From positions 22,630,001 to 22,694,000 of the forward strand of contig OX597827.1 of assembly GCA_951406725.2 (NCBI GenBank): DNA of 64,000 nt, written 5' to 3'. Source of the stretch: Octopus vulgaris. Taxonomy: Eukaryota. Position 1 is the stretch's first letter, and every line of letters begins with the position of its first letter. The position numbers were made by a program, and so were the translations under genes. This document shows positions 1-13,139 of the stretch, piece by piece. The notes under the pieces are model-generated. The model saw only the letters and a program-made list of their open reading frames with translations. It ran no database searches and was not told the DNA's origin.

Positions 1-120
1 TTCATAATTAGACTGAATCGTTAGTGTCAGGAAAAATTCCTTGCGATATTCACTTAAATAAATATTTTGCGTTCAAATCCTGCCGAGGTCGACTTTGCTT
101 TGAATCTTTCAGAGGTCGCA

Positions 121-126
121 GTAGTG

Positions 127-179
<53 letters not shown>

Positions 180-280
180 GGTGGTGGTGGTGGTAGTGGT
201 GGTGGTTGGTGGTGGTGGTGGTAGCAACAGCAGCAGCAGTAGTGGTGGTGGTGGTGGCGGTGGTGGTGGTGGTGGTGGTG

Positions 281-314
<34 letters not shown>

Positions 315-342
315 CAGCAGCAACAGCAGTAGTAGCAGTAGC

Positions 343-399
<57 letters not shown>

Positions 400-417
400 T
401 GCAGCAGCAGCAGTAGC

Positions 418-453
<36 letters not shown>
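121..453. repeat. Compound trinucleotide microsatellite (AGT/GGT/AGC)n
   Basis: Direct reading; explains the poly-S/V/G/L ORFs here. Confidence 0.97.
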
Positions 454-454
<1 letters not shown>

Positions 455-746
455 TTTTGAAGATGGCTGAAGTGTCCAAACGTAACTCTATACAGAAGTC
501 CGAATTCTGTGTTTGTCCTATAGGAAAAACTAAGTTATTTATTCCATTAACGCATGAGTTACAACAACGCCACTTTATACTTTGGAGTAGAAAAAAAAAA
601 GATTATCGCTAGACGTTATTCAATATTATATTTTATTGATATTTCCTTCTTTGTATAAGAATACGTCATCTACGTCTGGTGAACCTCCAAGAACTACCAA
701 GACTTTTTGAACAGATCATTGAACATTGAACAAAAAACTGACACAG

Positions 747-903
747 GTGCAGGCGTAGTTGTGTGGTACAGAGCTTGCTTCCAAATCACACGGTTCTGGG
801 CTCAGTTCCACTGCGTGGCACCTTGGGTGTGTGTCTTCCATTATAGCCTCCGACCGACCAAAGCCTTGTGAGTGGATTTGGTAGACAGAAACCTAAAGAA
901 GCT
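747..903 (+). mobile_element. tRNA-derived SINE, family A (CORE-like), 5' half
   Basis: tRNA-like head, then GGCACCTTGGG...CTATAGCCTC...GCCTTGTGAGTGGATTTGGTAGAC shared with copies at 9733, 16753 and 28884. Boundaries approximate. Confidence 0.8.
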
Positions 904-911
904 TCAAAGAA

Positions 912-3900
912 GACGATAAAAAACAACGATGATACGCGGGTGGAATGAAAGTTTGTCAAACGATAACAAACAGCGATGATACGCGGGCGGAATGAAAGTT
1001 ATGCCGATGATAACAAACAACGATGATACGCGGGCGGAATGAAAGTTTTGCAGACGATAACAAAAAACGATGATACACGGGCGGAATGAAAGTTTTGCAG
1101 ACGATAACAAACAGTGATGATACGCGGGCGGAATGAAAGTTTTGCCTATGATAACAAACAGCGATGATAGACGGGCGGAATGAAAGTTTTGCAGACGATA
1201 ACAAAAAACGATGATACACGGGCGGAATGAAAGTTTTGCCCATGATAACAAACAACGATGATACGCGGGCGGAATGAAAGTTTTCCAGACGATAACAAAA
1301 AACGATGAGACGCGGGCGGAATGAAAGTTTTGCAGACGATAACAAACAGTGATGATACGCGGGCGGAATGAAGGTTTTGCACACGATAAAAAACAGCGAT
1401 GATACGCGGGCGGAATGAAAGTTTTGCCTATGATAATAAACAGCGACGAAACGCGGGCGGAATGAAAGTTTTGCAGACGATAACAAACAACGATGATACG
1501 CGAGCGGAATGAAAGTTTTGCAGACGATAACAAAAAACGATGATGCGCGGGCGAAATGAAAGTTTTGCAGACGATAAAAAACAGCGATGATACACGGGTG
1601 GAATGAAAGTTTTGCAGACGATAACAAACAACGATGATACACGGGTGGAATGAAAGTTTTAGCGATGATAACAAACAGCGATGATACACGGGCGGAATGA
1701 AAGATTTGCCTATGATAACAAAAAGCGATGATAAACGAGCGGAATGAAAGTTTTGAAGACGATAACAAAAAACGATGATACACGGGCGGAATGAAAGTTT
1801 TGCAGACGATAACAAACAGACGATGATACGCGGGCGGAATGAAAGTTTTGCAGACGATAACAAACAGCGATGATAGACGGGCGGAATGAAAGTTTTGCAG
1901 ACGATAACAAACAGCGATGATACACGGGCGGAATGAAAGTTTTGCCCATGATAACAAACAACGATGATACGCGGGCGGAATGAAAGTTTTCCAGACGATA
2001 ACAAAAAACGATGATACGCGGGCGGAATGAAAGTTTTGCAGACGATAACAAACAGCGATGATACGCGGGCGGAATGAAGGTTTTGCACACGATAAAAAAC
2101 AGCGATGATACGCGGGCGGAGTTTTGCCTATGATAATAAACAGCGACGAAACGCGGGCGGAATGAAAGTTTTGCAGACGATAACAAACAGCGATGATACA
2201 CGAGCGGAATGAAAGTTTTGCAGACGATAACAAACAGCGATGATACACGGGCGGAATGAAAGTGTTGCAGACGATAACAAACAGCGATGATACACGGGCG
2301 GAATGAAAGTTTTGCAGACGATAACAAACAGCGATGATACACGGGAGGAATGAAGGTTTTAGCGATGATAACAAACAGCGATGATACACGGGCGGAATGA
2401 AAGATTTGCCTATGATAACAAAAAGCGATGATAAACGAGCGGAATGAAAGTTTTGAAGACGATAACAAACAACGATGATACACGGGCGGAATGAAAGTTT
2501 TGCAGACGATAACAAACAGTGATGATACGCGGGCGGAATGAAAGTTTTGCAGACGATAACAAACAGCGATGATAGACGGGCGGAATGAAAGTTTTGCAGA
2601 CGATAACAAAAAACGATGATACACGGGCGGAATGAAAGTTTTGCCCATGATAACAAACAACGATGATACGCGGGCGGAATGAAAGTTTTCCAGACGATAA
2701 CAAACAACGATGATACGCGGGCGGAATGAAAGTTTTGCAGACGATAACAGACAGCGACGATACACGGGTGGAAGGAAAGTTTTGCCGTTGATAACAAACA
2801 GCGATGATACACGGGCGGAATGAAGGTTTTGCCGATGATAATAAACAGCGATGATACGCGGGTGGAACGAAAGTTTTGCAGACGATAACAAACAGCGATG
2901 ATACACGGGTTGAATGAAAGTTTTGCCCATGATAACAAACAGCGACGATACACGAGCGGAATGAAAGTTTTAACGATGATAACAAACAGCGATGATACGC
3001 GGGCGGAATGAAAGTTTTGCCGTTGATAACAAACAGCGATGAAACACGGGCGGAATGAAAGTTTTGCAGACGATAATAAACAACGATGATACGCGGGTGG
3101 AATGAAAGTTTTGCAGACGATAACAAACAGCGATGATACACGGGCGGAATGAAAGTGTTGCAGACGATGATAACAAACAGCGATGATACGCGGGCGGAAT
3201 GAAAGTTTTGCAGATGATAACAAACAGCGATGATACGCGGGCGGAATGAAAGTTTTGCAGACGATAACAAACAGCGATGATACGCGGGCGGAATGAAAGT
3301 TTTGCAGACGATAACAAACAGCGATGATACGCGGGCGGAATGAAAGTTTTGCAGACGATAACAAACAGCGATGATACACGGGCGGAATGAAAGTTTTGCA
3401 GACGATAACAAACAGCGATGATACGCGGGCGGAATGAAAGTTTTGCAGACGATAACAAACAGCGATGATACACGGGCGGAATGAAAGTTTTAAAGATGAT
3501 AACAAACAGCGATGATACGCGGGCGGAATGAAAGTTTTGCAGACGATAACAAACAGCGATGATACACGGGCGGAATGAAAGTTTTGCAGATGATAACAAA
3601 CAGCGATGATACACGGGCGGAATGAAAGTTTTGCAGATGATAACAAACAGCGATGATACGCGGGCGGAATGAAAGTTTTGCAGACGATAACAAACAGCGA
3701 TGATACGCGGGCGGAATGAAAGTTTTGCAGATGATAACAAAAACGATGATACGCAGGCGAAATGAAAGTTTTGCAGACGATAACAAACAGCGATGATACA
3801 CGGGCGGAATGAAAGTTTTGCAGATGATAACAAACAGCGATGATACACGGGCGGAATGAAAGTTTTGCAGATGATAACAAACAGCGATGATACGCGCGCG

Positions 3901-6428
3901 GAATGAAAGTTTTGCAGACGATAACAAACAGCGATGATACACGAGCAGAATGAAAGTTTTAACGATGATAACAAACAGCGATGATACGCGGGCGGAATGA
4001 AAGTTTTGCAGACGATAACAAAAAACGATGATACGCGGGCGGAATGAAAGTTTTGCAGACGATAATAAACAGCGATGATACGCGGGCGGAATGAAAGTGT
4101 TGCAGACGATAACAAACAGCGATGATACACGGGCGGAATGAAAGTGTTGCAGATGATAACAAACAGCGATGATACACGAGCTGAATGAAAGTTTTGCAGA
4201 TGATAACAAACATCGATGATACACGGGCGGAATGAAAGTTTTGCAGATGATAACAAACAGCGATGATACGCGGGCGGAATGAAAGTGTTGCAGACGATAA
4301 CAAACAGCGATGATACACGAGCTGAATGAAAGTTTTGCAGATGATAACAAACAGCGATGATACACGGGCGGAATGAAAGTTTTGCAGATGATAACAAACA
4401 GCGATGATACACGAACGGAATGAAAGTTTTAACGATGATAACAAACAGCGATGATAGACGGGCGGAATGAAGGTTTTGCAGATGATAACAAACAGCGATG
4501 ATACACAGGGGGAATTAAAGTGTTGCAGACGATAACAAACAGCGACGATACATGGGTGGAATGAAAGTTTTGCAGATGATAACAAACAGCGATGATACAC
4601 GGGCGGAATGAAAGTTTTGCAGATGATAACAAACAGCGATGATACACGAGCGGAATGAAAGTTTTAACGATGATAACAAACAGCGATGATACACGGGCGG
4701 AATGAAAGTTTTGCAGACGATAACAAAAAACGATGATACGCGGGCGAAATGAATGTTTTGCAGACGATAACAAACAGCGATGATACGCGGGCGGAATGAA
4801 AGTGTTGCAGACGATAACAAACAGCGATGATACACGGGCGGAATGAAAGTTTTGCAGATGATAACAAACAGCGATGATACACGAACGGAATGAAAGTTTT
4901 AACGATGATAACAAACAGCGATGATACACGGGCGGAATGAAAGTTTTGCAGATGATAACAAACAGCGATGATACACGGGCGGAATAAAAGTGTTGCAGAC
5001 GATAACAAACAGCGATGATACACGGGCGGAATGAAAGTGTTGCAGATGATAACAAACAGCGATGATACACGAGCGGAATGAAAGTTTTGCAGACGATAAC
5101 AAACAGCGATGATACACGGGCGGAATGAAAGTGTTGCAGACGATAACAAACAGCGATGATACACGAGCGGAATGAAAGTTTTAGCGATGATAACAAACAG
5201 CGATGATACACGGGCGGAATGAAAGTGTTGCAGATGATAACAAACAGCGATGATACGCGGGCGGAATGAAAGTGTTGCAGACGATAACAAACAGCGATGA
5301 TACACGGGCGGAATGAAAGTGTTGCAGATGATAACAAACAGCGATGATACACGGGTGGAATGAAAGTTTTGCAGATGATAACAAACAGCGATGATACGCG
5401 GGCGGAATGAAAGTTTTGCAGACGATAACAAAAAACGATGATACGCGGGCGAAATGAATGTTTTGCAGACGATAACAAACAGCGATGATACGCGGGCGGA
5501 ATGAAAGTGTTGCAGACGATAACAAACAGCGATGATACACGGGCGGAATGAAAGTTTTGCAGACGATAACAAACAGCGATGATACACGAACGGAATGAAA
5601 GTTTTAACGATGATAACAAACAGCGATGATACACGGGCGGAATGAAAGTTTTGCAGATGATAACAAACAGCGATGATACACGGGCGGAATAAAAGTGTTG
5701 CAGACGATAACAAACAGCGATGATACACGGGCGGAATGAAAGTGTTGCAGATGATAACAAAAAACGATGATACACGAGCGGAATGAAAGTTTTGCAGATG
5801 ATAACAAACAGCGATGATACACGGGCGGAATGAAAGTGTTGCAGACGATAACAAACAGCGATGATACACGAGCGGAATGAAAGTTTTAGCGATGATAACA
5901 AACAGCGATGATACACGGGCGGAATGAAAGTGTTGCAGATGATAACAAACAGCGATGATACGCGGGCGGAATGAAAGTGTTGCAGACGATAACAAACAGC
6001 GATGATACGCGGGCGGAATGAAAGTGTTGCAGACGATAACAAACATCGACGATACACGGGTGGAATGAAAGTTTTGCAGACGATAACAAACAGCGATGAT
6101 ACACGGGCGGAATGAACGTTTTGCCCATGATAACAAACAGCGATGATAGACGGGCGGAATGAAAGTTTTGCAGACGATAACAAACAGCGACGATACATGG
6201 GTGGAAGGAAAGTTTTGCCGTTGATAACAAACAGCGATGATACACGGCGGAATGAAAGTTTTGCCGATGATAACAAACAGCGATGATACGCGGGTGGAAC
6301 GAAAGTGTTGCAGACGATTACAAACAACGATGATACACGGGTTGAATGAAAGTTTTGCCCATGATAACAAACAGCGATGATAGACGGGCGGAATGAAAGT
6401 TTTGCAGACGATAACAAACACCGATGGT
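912..6428. repeat. 47-bp tandem satellite, ~117 copies
   Basis: Consensus GATAACAAACAGCGATGATACGCGGGCGGAATGAAAGTTTTGCAGAC repeated head-to-tail with no unique spacers. Confidence 0.97.
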
Positions 6429-6544
6429 ACAATTGAAGAGGAATGACTGGTAATCTGCTGCCTCTTTGACTGAGATTGTAAATATTTCTAAGTCATCTAA
6501 ATCATCCATGTGGATGGGATGGCTTATTGTTTATATGATAGATA

Positions 6545-6703
6545 GCTAGCCACTACTTACATTTTTTCTCTTCTTGTTTCTTTCCGTGGAAGAGCCTAGG
6601 CTCGAAACTTTAAAGACTTTTTCAAATCCCGAGCGTTATTCTAATACATCTGTTTGTTTTCTACACCACCTATCTTCGTCTTTAGTTTTTTTGTGAATTA
6701 TCC

Positions 6704-6705
<2 letters not shown>
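6545..6705 (+). mobile_element. Penelope-like terminal repeat remnant with degenerate hammerhead-like motif
   Basis: GGAAGAGCCTAGGCTCGAAAC at ~6588-6608; layout similar to 17508-17720; followed by (TA)n. Confidence 0.45.
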
Positions 6706-6786
<81 letters not shown>

Positions 6787-6817
6787 GTTTGTGTTTGTTG
6801 GTATGTATGCCTATATA

Positions 6818-8085
6818 CATGGTGCGTATGGCATTTGGGGACATACCTTTTTGGGGTCATTGCTGCATTTTTTGCTAACTCTGTATAATTTTTCTTTCAG
6901 AAAATAATAATGGCAAACCCTCAGCTTACTCAAGAAATGAAGAGGCATGCTGTTATTGTGGTTATAAAGGCTGAGCATAGGGTTTTACAAATATCTCGAT
7001 TTTTAAAAGTTGCCAGATCTTTCGTCTACAAAGTTTGTAAGGAGCTAGAGACTGATGATGGAAACATATCACCAGTATCAAAGCATAAAAAGCATTCTAA
7101 ATGCTCTGAAATCATCAGAACACCTGAATTTATCCAACAAGATCAACAGACCATTGATTACAATCCCAGAAAGTCCATGAGGTCAATTGCAAAAGAACTC
7201 CATGTGTCAGAAGGAACAGTCAGAAATGTTGTTCACGAAGATATCAGATATAAGTCTTATATGATGAGGAAATGTCAATTTGTCAGAGAAAGCAAAGAAA
7301 ATCACTACATCAGATCTAAAAGGTTCTTTAAAAAACTGAAAAATCCAACAGAAGAAGATTTGGTTTGGCTTTTACTCAAAGGAGAAAAACTTCGACCAAG
7401 ATCAAAAATGTTAACAAAAGAAATGACAGATGGTTCTGTGCAGACCTTTCTGAAGTTCCAACTGTTATGCATACAAAATTTCCAGCAATTTCCATGGCTT
7501 TAGAGGTTGTCAGCAATGAAGGACATGTGAAGCCTCCTTACTTCTTTCCACAAGGTCTTAGAGTTAACTCTGCTGCCTACACTGAGGTCCTGGAAATAAT
7601 TGTTAATCCCTGGATAGACAGTGTATGCAATGGCTGGTCATATGTGTCTCAGTAAAACTCTGCACTATCACACATGGCTCTAGTAACACAGGAATGGATG
7701 GCTGAAAATTTTCATGATCACATAACCCCTAACATTTGGCCTCCTAATTCCCCAAATCTCAATCCATTGAACTATTACACATGTGGAGCATTGTTGAGAG
7801 AGAGGTCAATGAACATGCCCATAACACCAAAAATTCTTTGAAAGCTGCTATAGTCAGAGTAATGTCCAAAATGAACCAGGACCACTTGATTCGAGCATGT
7901 AAATGATTTAGATCTCATATAGAAGCAGTTGTTGAAGCTGAAGGTGGCTTTATTGAATAACATTATAGAAAAGGTTTATTTTTATCCTCATAACATTTTT
8001 TGATAAATAAAGTTATTATTTGTTATTATATATCTGTTTTTTTTTTATAAACATAAATCTGTCCTCAAATATCTTACGCGCCCTG
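6818..8085 (+). mobile_element. Tc1/mariner superfamily transposon, maT/DD37D type, defective
   Basis: TA on both flanks. Imperfect TIRs CATGGTGCGTATGGCATTTGGGGACA and TGTCCTCAAATATCTTACGCGCCCTG. Confidence 0.88.
6910..7960 (+). pseudogene. DD37D (maT) transposase pseudogene
   Basis: N-terminal HTH (NPRKSMRSIAKELHVSEGTVR). Q*NSALSH...WPPNSPNLNPLNYY has exactly 37 residues between the two catalytic positions, both now Asn. Frameshift near 7375 and an internal stop. Confidence 0.88.
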
Positions 8086-8372
8086 TATATGTAATAATGT
8101 ATGTATTTATGGATGGATGGATGTTCCCACTCGTAGTTTCGTTAAATAGATTTGTTGACAGAATCCTACCTTGGCAAAAGTGGAAATAAAGAGTCCGTTT
8201 GAATGATTATTTCTCTTCTTAGTCATATAGCGTTGGCTTTGAGAATCAACTCTTTGTAATGAATTTGTTTTCAATTTTGTCATGACATTGTACTCCGGTT
8301 AACTCGGCCAGTTATACTTTCGGATTCAATAAAGGACCACGCCAGTACTGATTTCGTTATCTCTCTCTCTCG

Positions 8373-8472
<100 letters not shown>

Positions 8473-8967
8473 CTATCTCTCTCTAGCCAGCTGTGAAACT
8501 TACGTGTCATTCAAACATTCACCTTTCTCACATTGTGTCACACTGATTCGGTCTGAGAAGAGAATTGAAAGTGTACGTATCTGTGGAAAACTCAACCACT
8601 TACACATCGTTAATTTCATGAATGGGAATTTATTAGGACGTACAACTGAATACTCAATGTTGAAATCGATGGAGAAACCTCCGGCACAGTTTGTTGCTCA
8701 TTCGGGGTGAATTTTCTTAAATAATTAAGTATCAAGTTGTTTACGACGAAAAGGCAGGGTGCTGGATGAAGAATCAAGAATGCCTGACGAAAAGCAGAAT
8801 GCCATACAAACTGCGATACAAACTGCCTTGCAGTAAGTATTTCGAGGTATCTTTTTTGTTATAACCTTAAATCCTGCCGTTGTCTCTTTCATGTTCCATA
8901 TCCCTGAAACTATGAAAAAAAAAAAAAAAAAACAGTAATACGCCTGTGTTCATTCAATCCATAGTAC

Positions 8968-9384
8968 GGATCTTTTCGGTTTGAACGGCAGTTTTTAACA
9001 TAATTTCTAGGTAACTAAACAATTTTAAACTTCGTATACTGGTAGAATGTGTTTATAAAACATCTTTTTCTCTTGGCTTTATTGAGAAAATTCTATAGTT
9101 TGTTAGATATTTATTGTTTTTTTTTCTTCAATTTCTGCAATTTCAACCAATCACTGACGTCTATTGAGTTGAAAACATTCTGTGCCGTATGAATTTGTCC
9201 CTCGTTTAGGAAACAGATTGGGTTTATTTACATTTGTGAAGAAAAAAAGATACCCTTTCCCCCACCCCTAACCCTAACCCTAAAACAGATTGAAATGCAA
9301 TAGATCGATACTAGGGTAATAATTATGGGGGACAATTTCATATGACACCGCTAGAAAAAACTGCCGTTCAAACCGAAAAGATCC
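8968..9384 (-). mobile_element. MITE with GGATCTTTTCGGTTTGAACGGCAGTTTT TIRs and internal telomere-type repeats
   Basis: TIRs at both ends; 8-bp TSD CATAGTAC (8960-8967 and 9385-9392); (CCCTAA)3 at ~9266-9283. Confidence 0.93.
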
Positions 9385-9509
9385 CATAGTACGTTTGTCC
9401 TACAACTTTCTGACTGGATAACATAACAGGTAATTACTTTTGTCGGTGAATGTCGTCTGCACCACAAATTAACGTCTTCTACACCAAACTACTCATCATT
9501 TTCTTTTAT

Positions 9510-10008
9510 TTCTACTAGTTTCAGTTTTTGAGCTGCGGCCATGCTGGGGCACAGCTGTTAAAGGTTTGGTCGAACAAATCGACTCCGGTATATATTTTTA
9601 AGTTTCGTACTTATTCCACCGGACACTTCTTTGCCGAACTGTTAGATGAAGCGATGTAAACACACCAACACCGGTTGTCAAGTGGTGGTTTGAAACAAAC
9701 ACAAATACAAATATGAAAAAAATATAATGAATAGGCGCAGGGGTGACTGTGTGGTAAATTTTTTCCTTCTCAACTACAATGTTCCGGTTTCAGTGTCATT
9801 ATGTACACTTCGACTATAGCCTCGGACCGGCCAAACCAAAACTCTGTCAGTGATTTTGGTAGACGGAAATTGAAAAAAAAAAAACGTCCTGGGATCGATT
9901 CGTTGTACTAAAATTCTTCAAGGCGGTGTTCCAGTATGGCCACGGTCTAATGAACAAGTAGATAGAAGATATTGATTGAGAAATAGACAGACAGACAGAC
10001 AGACAGAC

Positions 10009-10072
<64 letters not shown>

Positions 10073-10225
10073 GTTTACACGACAGACTTCTTTCAGTTTC
10101 CATCTACAAATTCCACTGATAAGGCTTTGGACGAATACACTTGCCCAAGATGCCGCGCAGTGAGATTGAACTCAAGGCCACATAGTCGGAAAGGAATCTT
10201 CTTACCACACAACCGCGTCTGCTCC
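9510..10225. mobile_element. Cluster of family A SINE pieces in both orientations with (AGAT)n
   Basis: Minus 3' half ~9510-9715, plus copy ~9733-9965 and minus 5' half ~10085-10225, by similarity to other copies in the window. Confidence 0.7.
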
Positions 10226-10564
10226 TGTGGATATAATAGAAATGTCTGAAATAAGATACAGTCAAGTTGTTTTATTGAAATATATAATGTTACCAAACTG
10301 GACAATAACGGATTTTAATCGAGTTTATTTGAACAGAAGACAAAAAGGAAATCATAAAAGGGATAAAAATGACAGAGAAAATGGAAGAGAGAGAGAGAGA
10401 CAGAGAGAGAGAGAGAGATGAAGAGGTGGTGGTGGGAGGATTGTTGTCGTCTGGTGGTGAAAGGCAACTGAACACTAGTTCAATGCAAGTGTTAATGTGT
10501 ATATTTAGACAGGAAAACATGAAATATAGCGAAACTAGAGAACCACACGAATAGCCTATTGTCC

Positions 10565-10755
10565 ACGTGCATGTATGCGTGTATGTATGTATGTGTATAC
10601 GTATGTATGTATGTATCTATATATGTATGTATGTGTGTATGTATGTATGTGTATACGTATGTATGTATGTATGTATGTGTATACGTATGTATGTATGTAT
10701 GTATGTATGTATGTATGTATGTATGTATTATGTATGTATGTATGTTTGCATGTAC

Positions 10756-10786
<31 letters not shown>

Positions 10787-11290
10787 TGCATATAAGTATG
10801 TATGCGTGTATGTGTGTATATATGTATGCATGTACATATGTATTTATGTGTGTGCGTATTTATGTATGTATGTATGTATGTATGTATGTATGCATGTGTT
10901 TCAGTGTATGTGTATGTATATATGCATGCATGTATCTCTATATGAGTGTACTTGTGTGTGTGTGTGTATACATATACACACATATATAATCTTATGTATA
11001 AATTAAGCATGTATATATGCACGTGTATATGTATACATTTACGCATGTAATGTTTGTATGTATGTATATGTGTACGTATGTAATGTATGTGTGCGTGTAA
11101 GTGCATGTGTATGTATGTATATGTGTGTGTATATATGTATGCATATCTGTATACATGTACGTATGTGTGTATGTATGTGTATGCATATATGTGTGTATGT
11201 ATGTGTATGCTTGTATGTATATATATACATGTATGTATACGCGTGTGTGTGTGCGTGTGTGTGTGTGTGTGTATATATATGTACGCATGC
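10565..11290. repeat. Degenerate (ATGT)n/(GT)n microsatellite field
   Basis: Direct reading. Confidence 0.95.
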
Positions 11291-11578
11291 CTCTTCTGTA
11301 TTTAATCATTTAAATTCTTCCTCTGAAGAAGGAGCTGGTTTCTAACAACAATGCAAAGTTCCATCATTGGAATGTAAATAGGGAAAACAAAGTCACGTTT
11401 TAAACTTGAGAAAAATCATCATAGTTTTACTGCTGCACTTTACAGATTGAATTTGTAATGAGCGACTTTGGTGGTTAGCTTCTTTTTCTGAAAGCACTAG
11501 TTTATCCAAATCGTCACTTAGGCATTTACTCACAGAACCTAGTGTTCCAATTATTATTGGTATAAATGTGAATTTATA

Positions 11579-11810
11579 TATTTCTTTACTACCCACAAGG
11601 GGCTAAATATAGAGGGGACAAACAAGGACAGACAAAGGGATTAAGTCGATTACATCGACCCCAGTGGGTAACTGGTACTTAATTTATCGACCCCGAAAGG
11701 ATGAAAGGCAAAGTCGACCTCGGCGGAATTTGAACTCACAACGTAACGACAGACGAAATACCGCTAAGCATTTCGCCCGGCGCGCTAACGTTTCTGCCAG
11801 CTCGCCGCCT
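11579..11810 (-). mobile_element. tRNA-derived SINE, family B
   Basis: Head GGCGGCGAGCTGGCAGAAACGTTAGC and body GTCGACTTTGCCTTTCATCCTTTCGGGGTCGATAAA; 18-bp TSD TATAAATGTGAATTTATA (11561-11578 and 11811-11828). Confidence 0.9.
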
Positions 11811-12013
11811 TATAAATGTGAATTTATAATCCAGACAGACGATAGAGGTTTCGAAGCAGTTATCCACAGATATTCTTTCTTTTTCACCTCCATGAAGATA
11901 CACACGTTTTTCTTGTTTATCCCAAACAACAATATCGGGCCTGTTATGTTTACACTTGACAGATGTTTCGATGGGAATGTTCCACCAGTATTCCTTGTGC
12001 CGATGCTTGTATG

Positions 12014-12245
12014 ATATTCATACGGCACAGAATGCTTTTTACCTCAATAGACGTCAGTGATTGGTTGAAATTGCAGAAATTGAAGAAAAAAACAACAACA
12101 AATATCTTACAAACTATAGAATTTTCTCAATAAAGCCAAGAGAAAAAGATGTTTTATAAACACATTCTACCAGTATACGAAGTTTAAAATCTTTTTAGTT
12201 ACCTAGAAATTATGTTAAAAACTGCCGTTCAAACCGAAAAGATCC
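12014..12245 (+). mobile_element. Truncated copy (right half) of the TTAGGG-bearing MITE
   Basis: Matches 13350-13583 and ends in ...AACCGAAAAGATCC. Confidence 0.88.
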
Positions 12246-13139
12246 GAATTCTGTGACAGTCTGTTTTTCGAATGGCATTGTATATTGTTTTAGCGACTAC
12301 GTCATGTCTCGTAGGGCGGTAATAACTTGGTGGCATTTTCTGAGCAGTCGATAATCACGTGTGTGGAATCTTCCACTGAAATATGACAGAATCCACAGTT
12401 TTGGTTGCATCTGGGATCTCCAATGGCTTCACTGTCTCTTTTGTTGTTCATTTTGTAACAATTTCCTGTTCTTGGATTACAAATGCTTAGCTTTCGAAAT
12501 GCGATGTGATGTATGTATATATTGCATATATTCTCAAAACTTTCATTGTACTGGACGCCATAGTATTCATTTGATGACAGCAAGCCACTGCTTAGATAGA
12601 TCATAATTAGTATCCCTAGACTCGTGAGGCCCGAGAGCAACTAACCGGTGTACCCGTTCCTTAAGACGGCACCAACCGTGGGCGTTCTATTGCTACATAA
12701 TCATCTCCCTTGTGGATTATCTACCTGGTTAGCGGAAACTCGCTCTGGAGCGTGCGGACAGCAGGAGAAATCTTCAGATGAACAACTCCCATCAACCAAT
12801 TATTTATCTCCGTTAATTCTTGACACTCTAAGGGACCCTGGTCCATCTAGGTCATGAACCCTAGGTATCTTCCTGCTGTTTTCGAGAGAAGGACCTTCAG
12901 GACAGTTTTCATGTGGTTTAATGTACCTATTGTATACAATTTCACCAATTATTGCTCCAGAGGCGTAACCGGGTTCTAAAGTTATGGGGAACGAGCACAT
13001 AAAAAAAGGCGCCGTGACACGAATGCCAAGCAGTTTTTAACTCATTTCTTTTATATTACGCAAAATATTTCATTAGATATGAATACACGTAATCGATATT
13101 CATTAATTTCATTAATGAATACAATTGCATTCATTAATA

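Larger units (their letters stand above)
11390..12600 (-). pseudogene. 3' fragment of an RLE-type (restriction-like endonuclease) non-LTR retrotransposon, interrupted
   Basis: CCHC knuckle CGFC...EDSTHVIIDC, endonuclease motif KCKHNRPDIVVWD and C-terminal YKFTFIPIIIGTLG. Split by a SINE and a MITE fragment. Confidence 0.75.

Noticed and set aside
24-612. Poly-Ser/Gly/Val/Leu ORFs
   Set aside because: Trinucleotide microsatellite with no splice or homology support.
912-6428. CRISPR-like array or long protein-coding genes (up to 974 aa)
   Set aside because: Monomers are contiguous with no unique spacers, there are no cas genes, and the context is eukaryotic. The ORFs arise from a stop-free repeat unit in all frames.
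912-6428. Satellite monomer as a tandem hammerhead (GCGATGA...GAAA spacing)
   Set aside because: It lacks the CUGA core and a credible helix II or III, so the resemblance is superficial.
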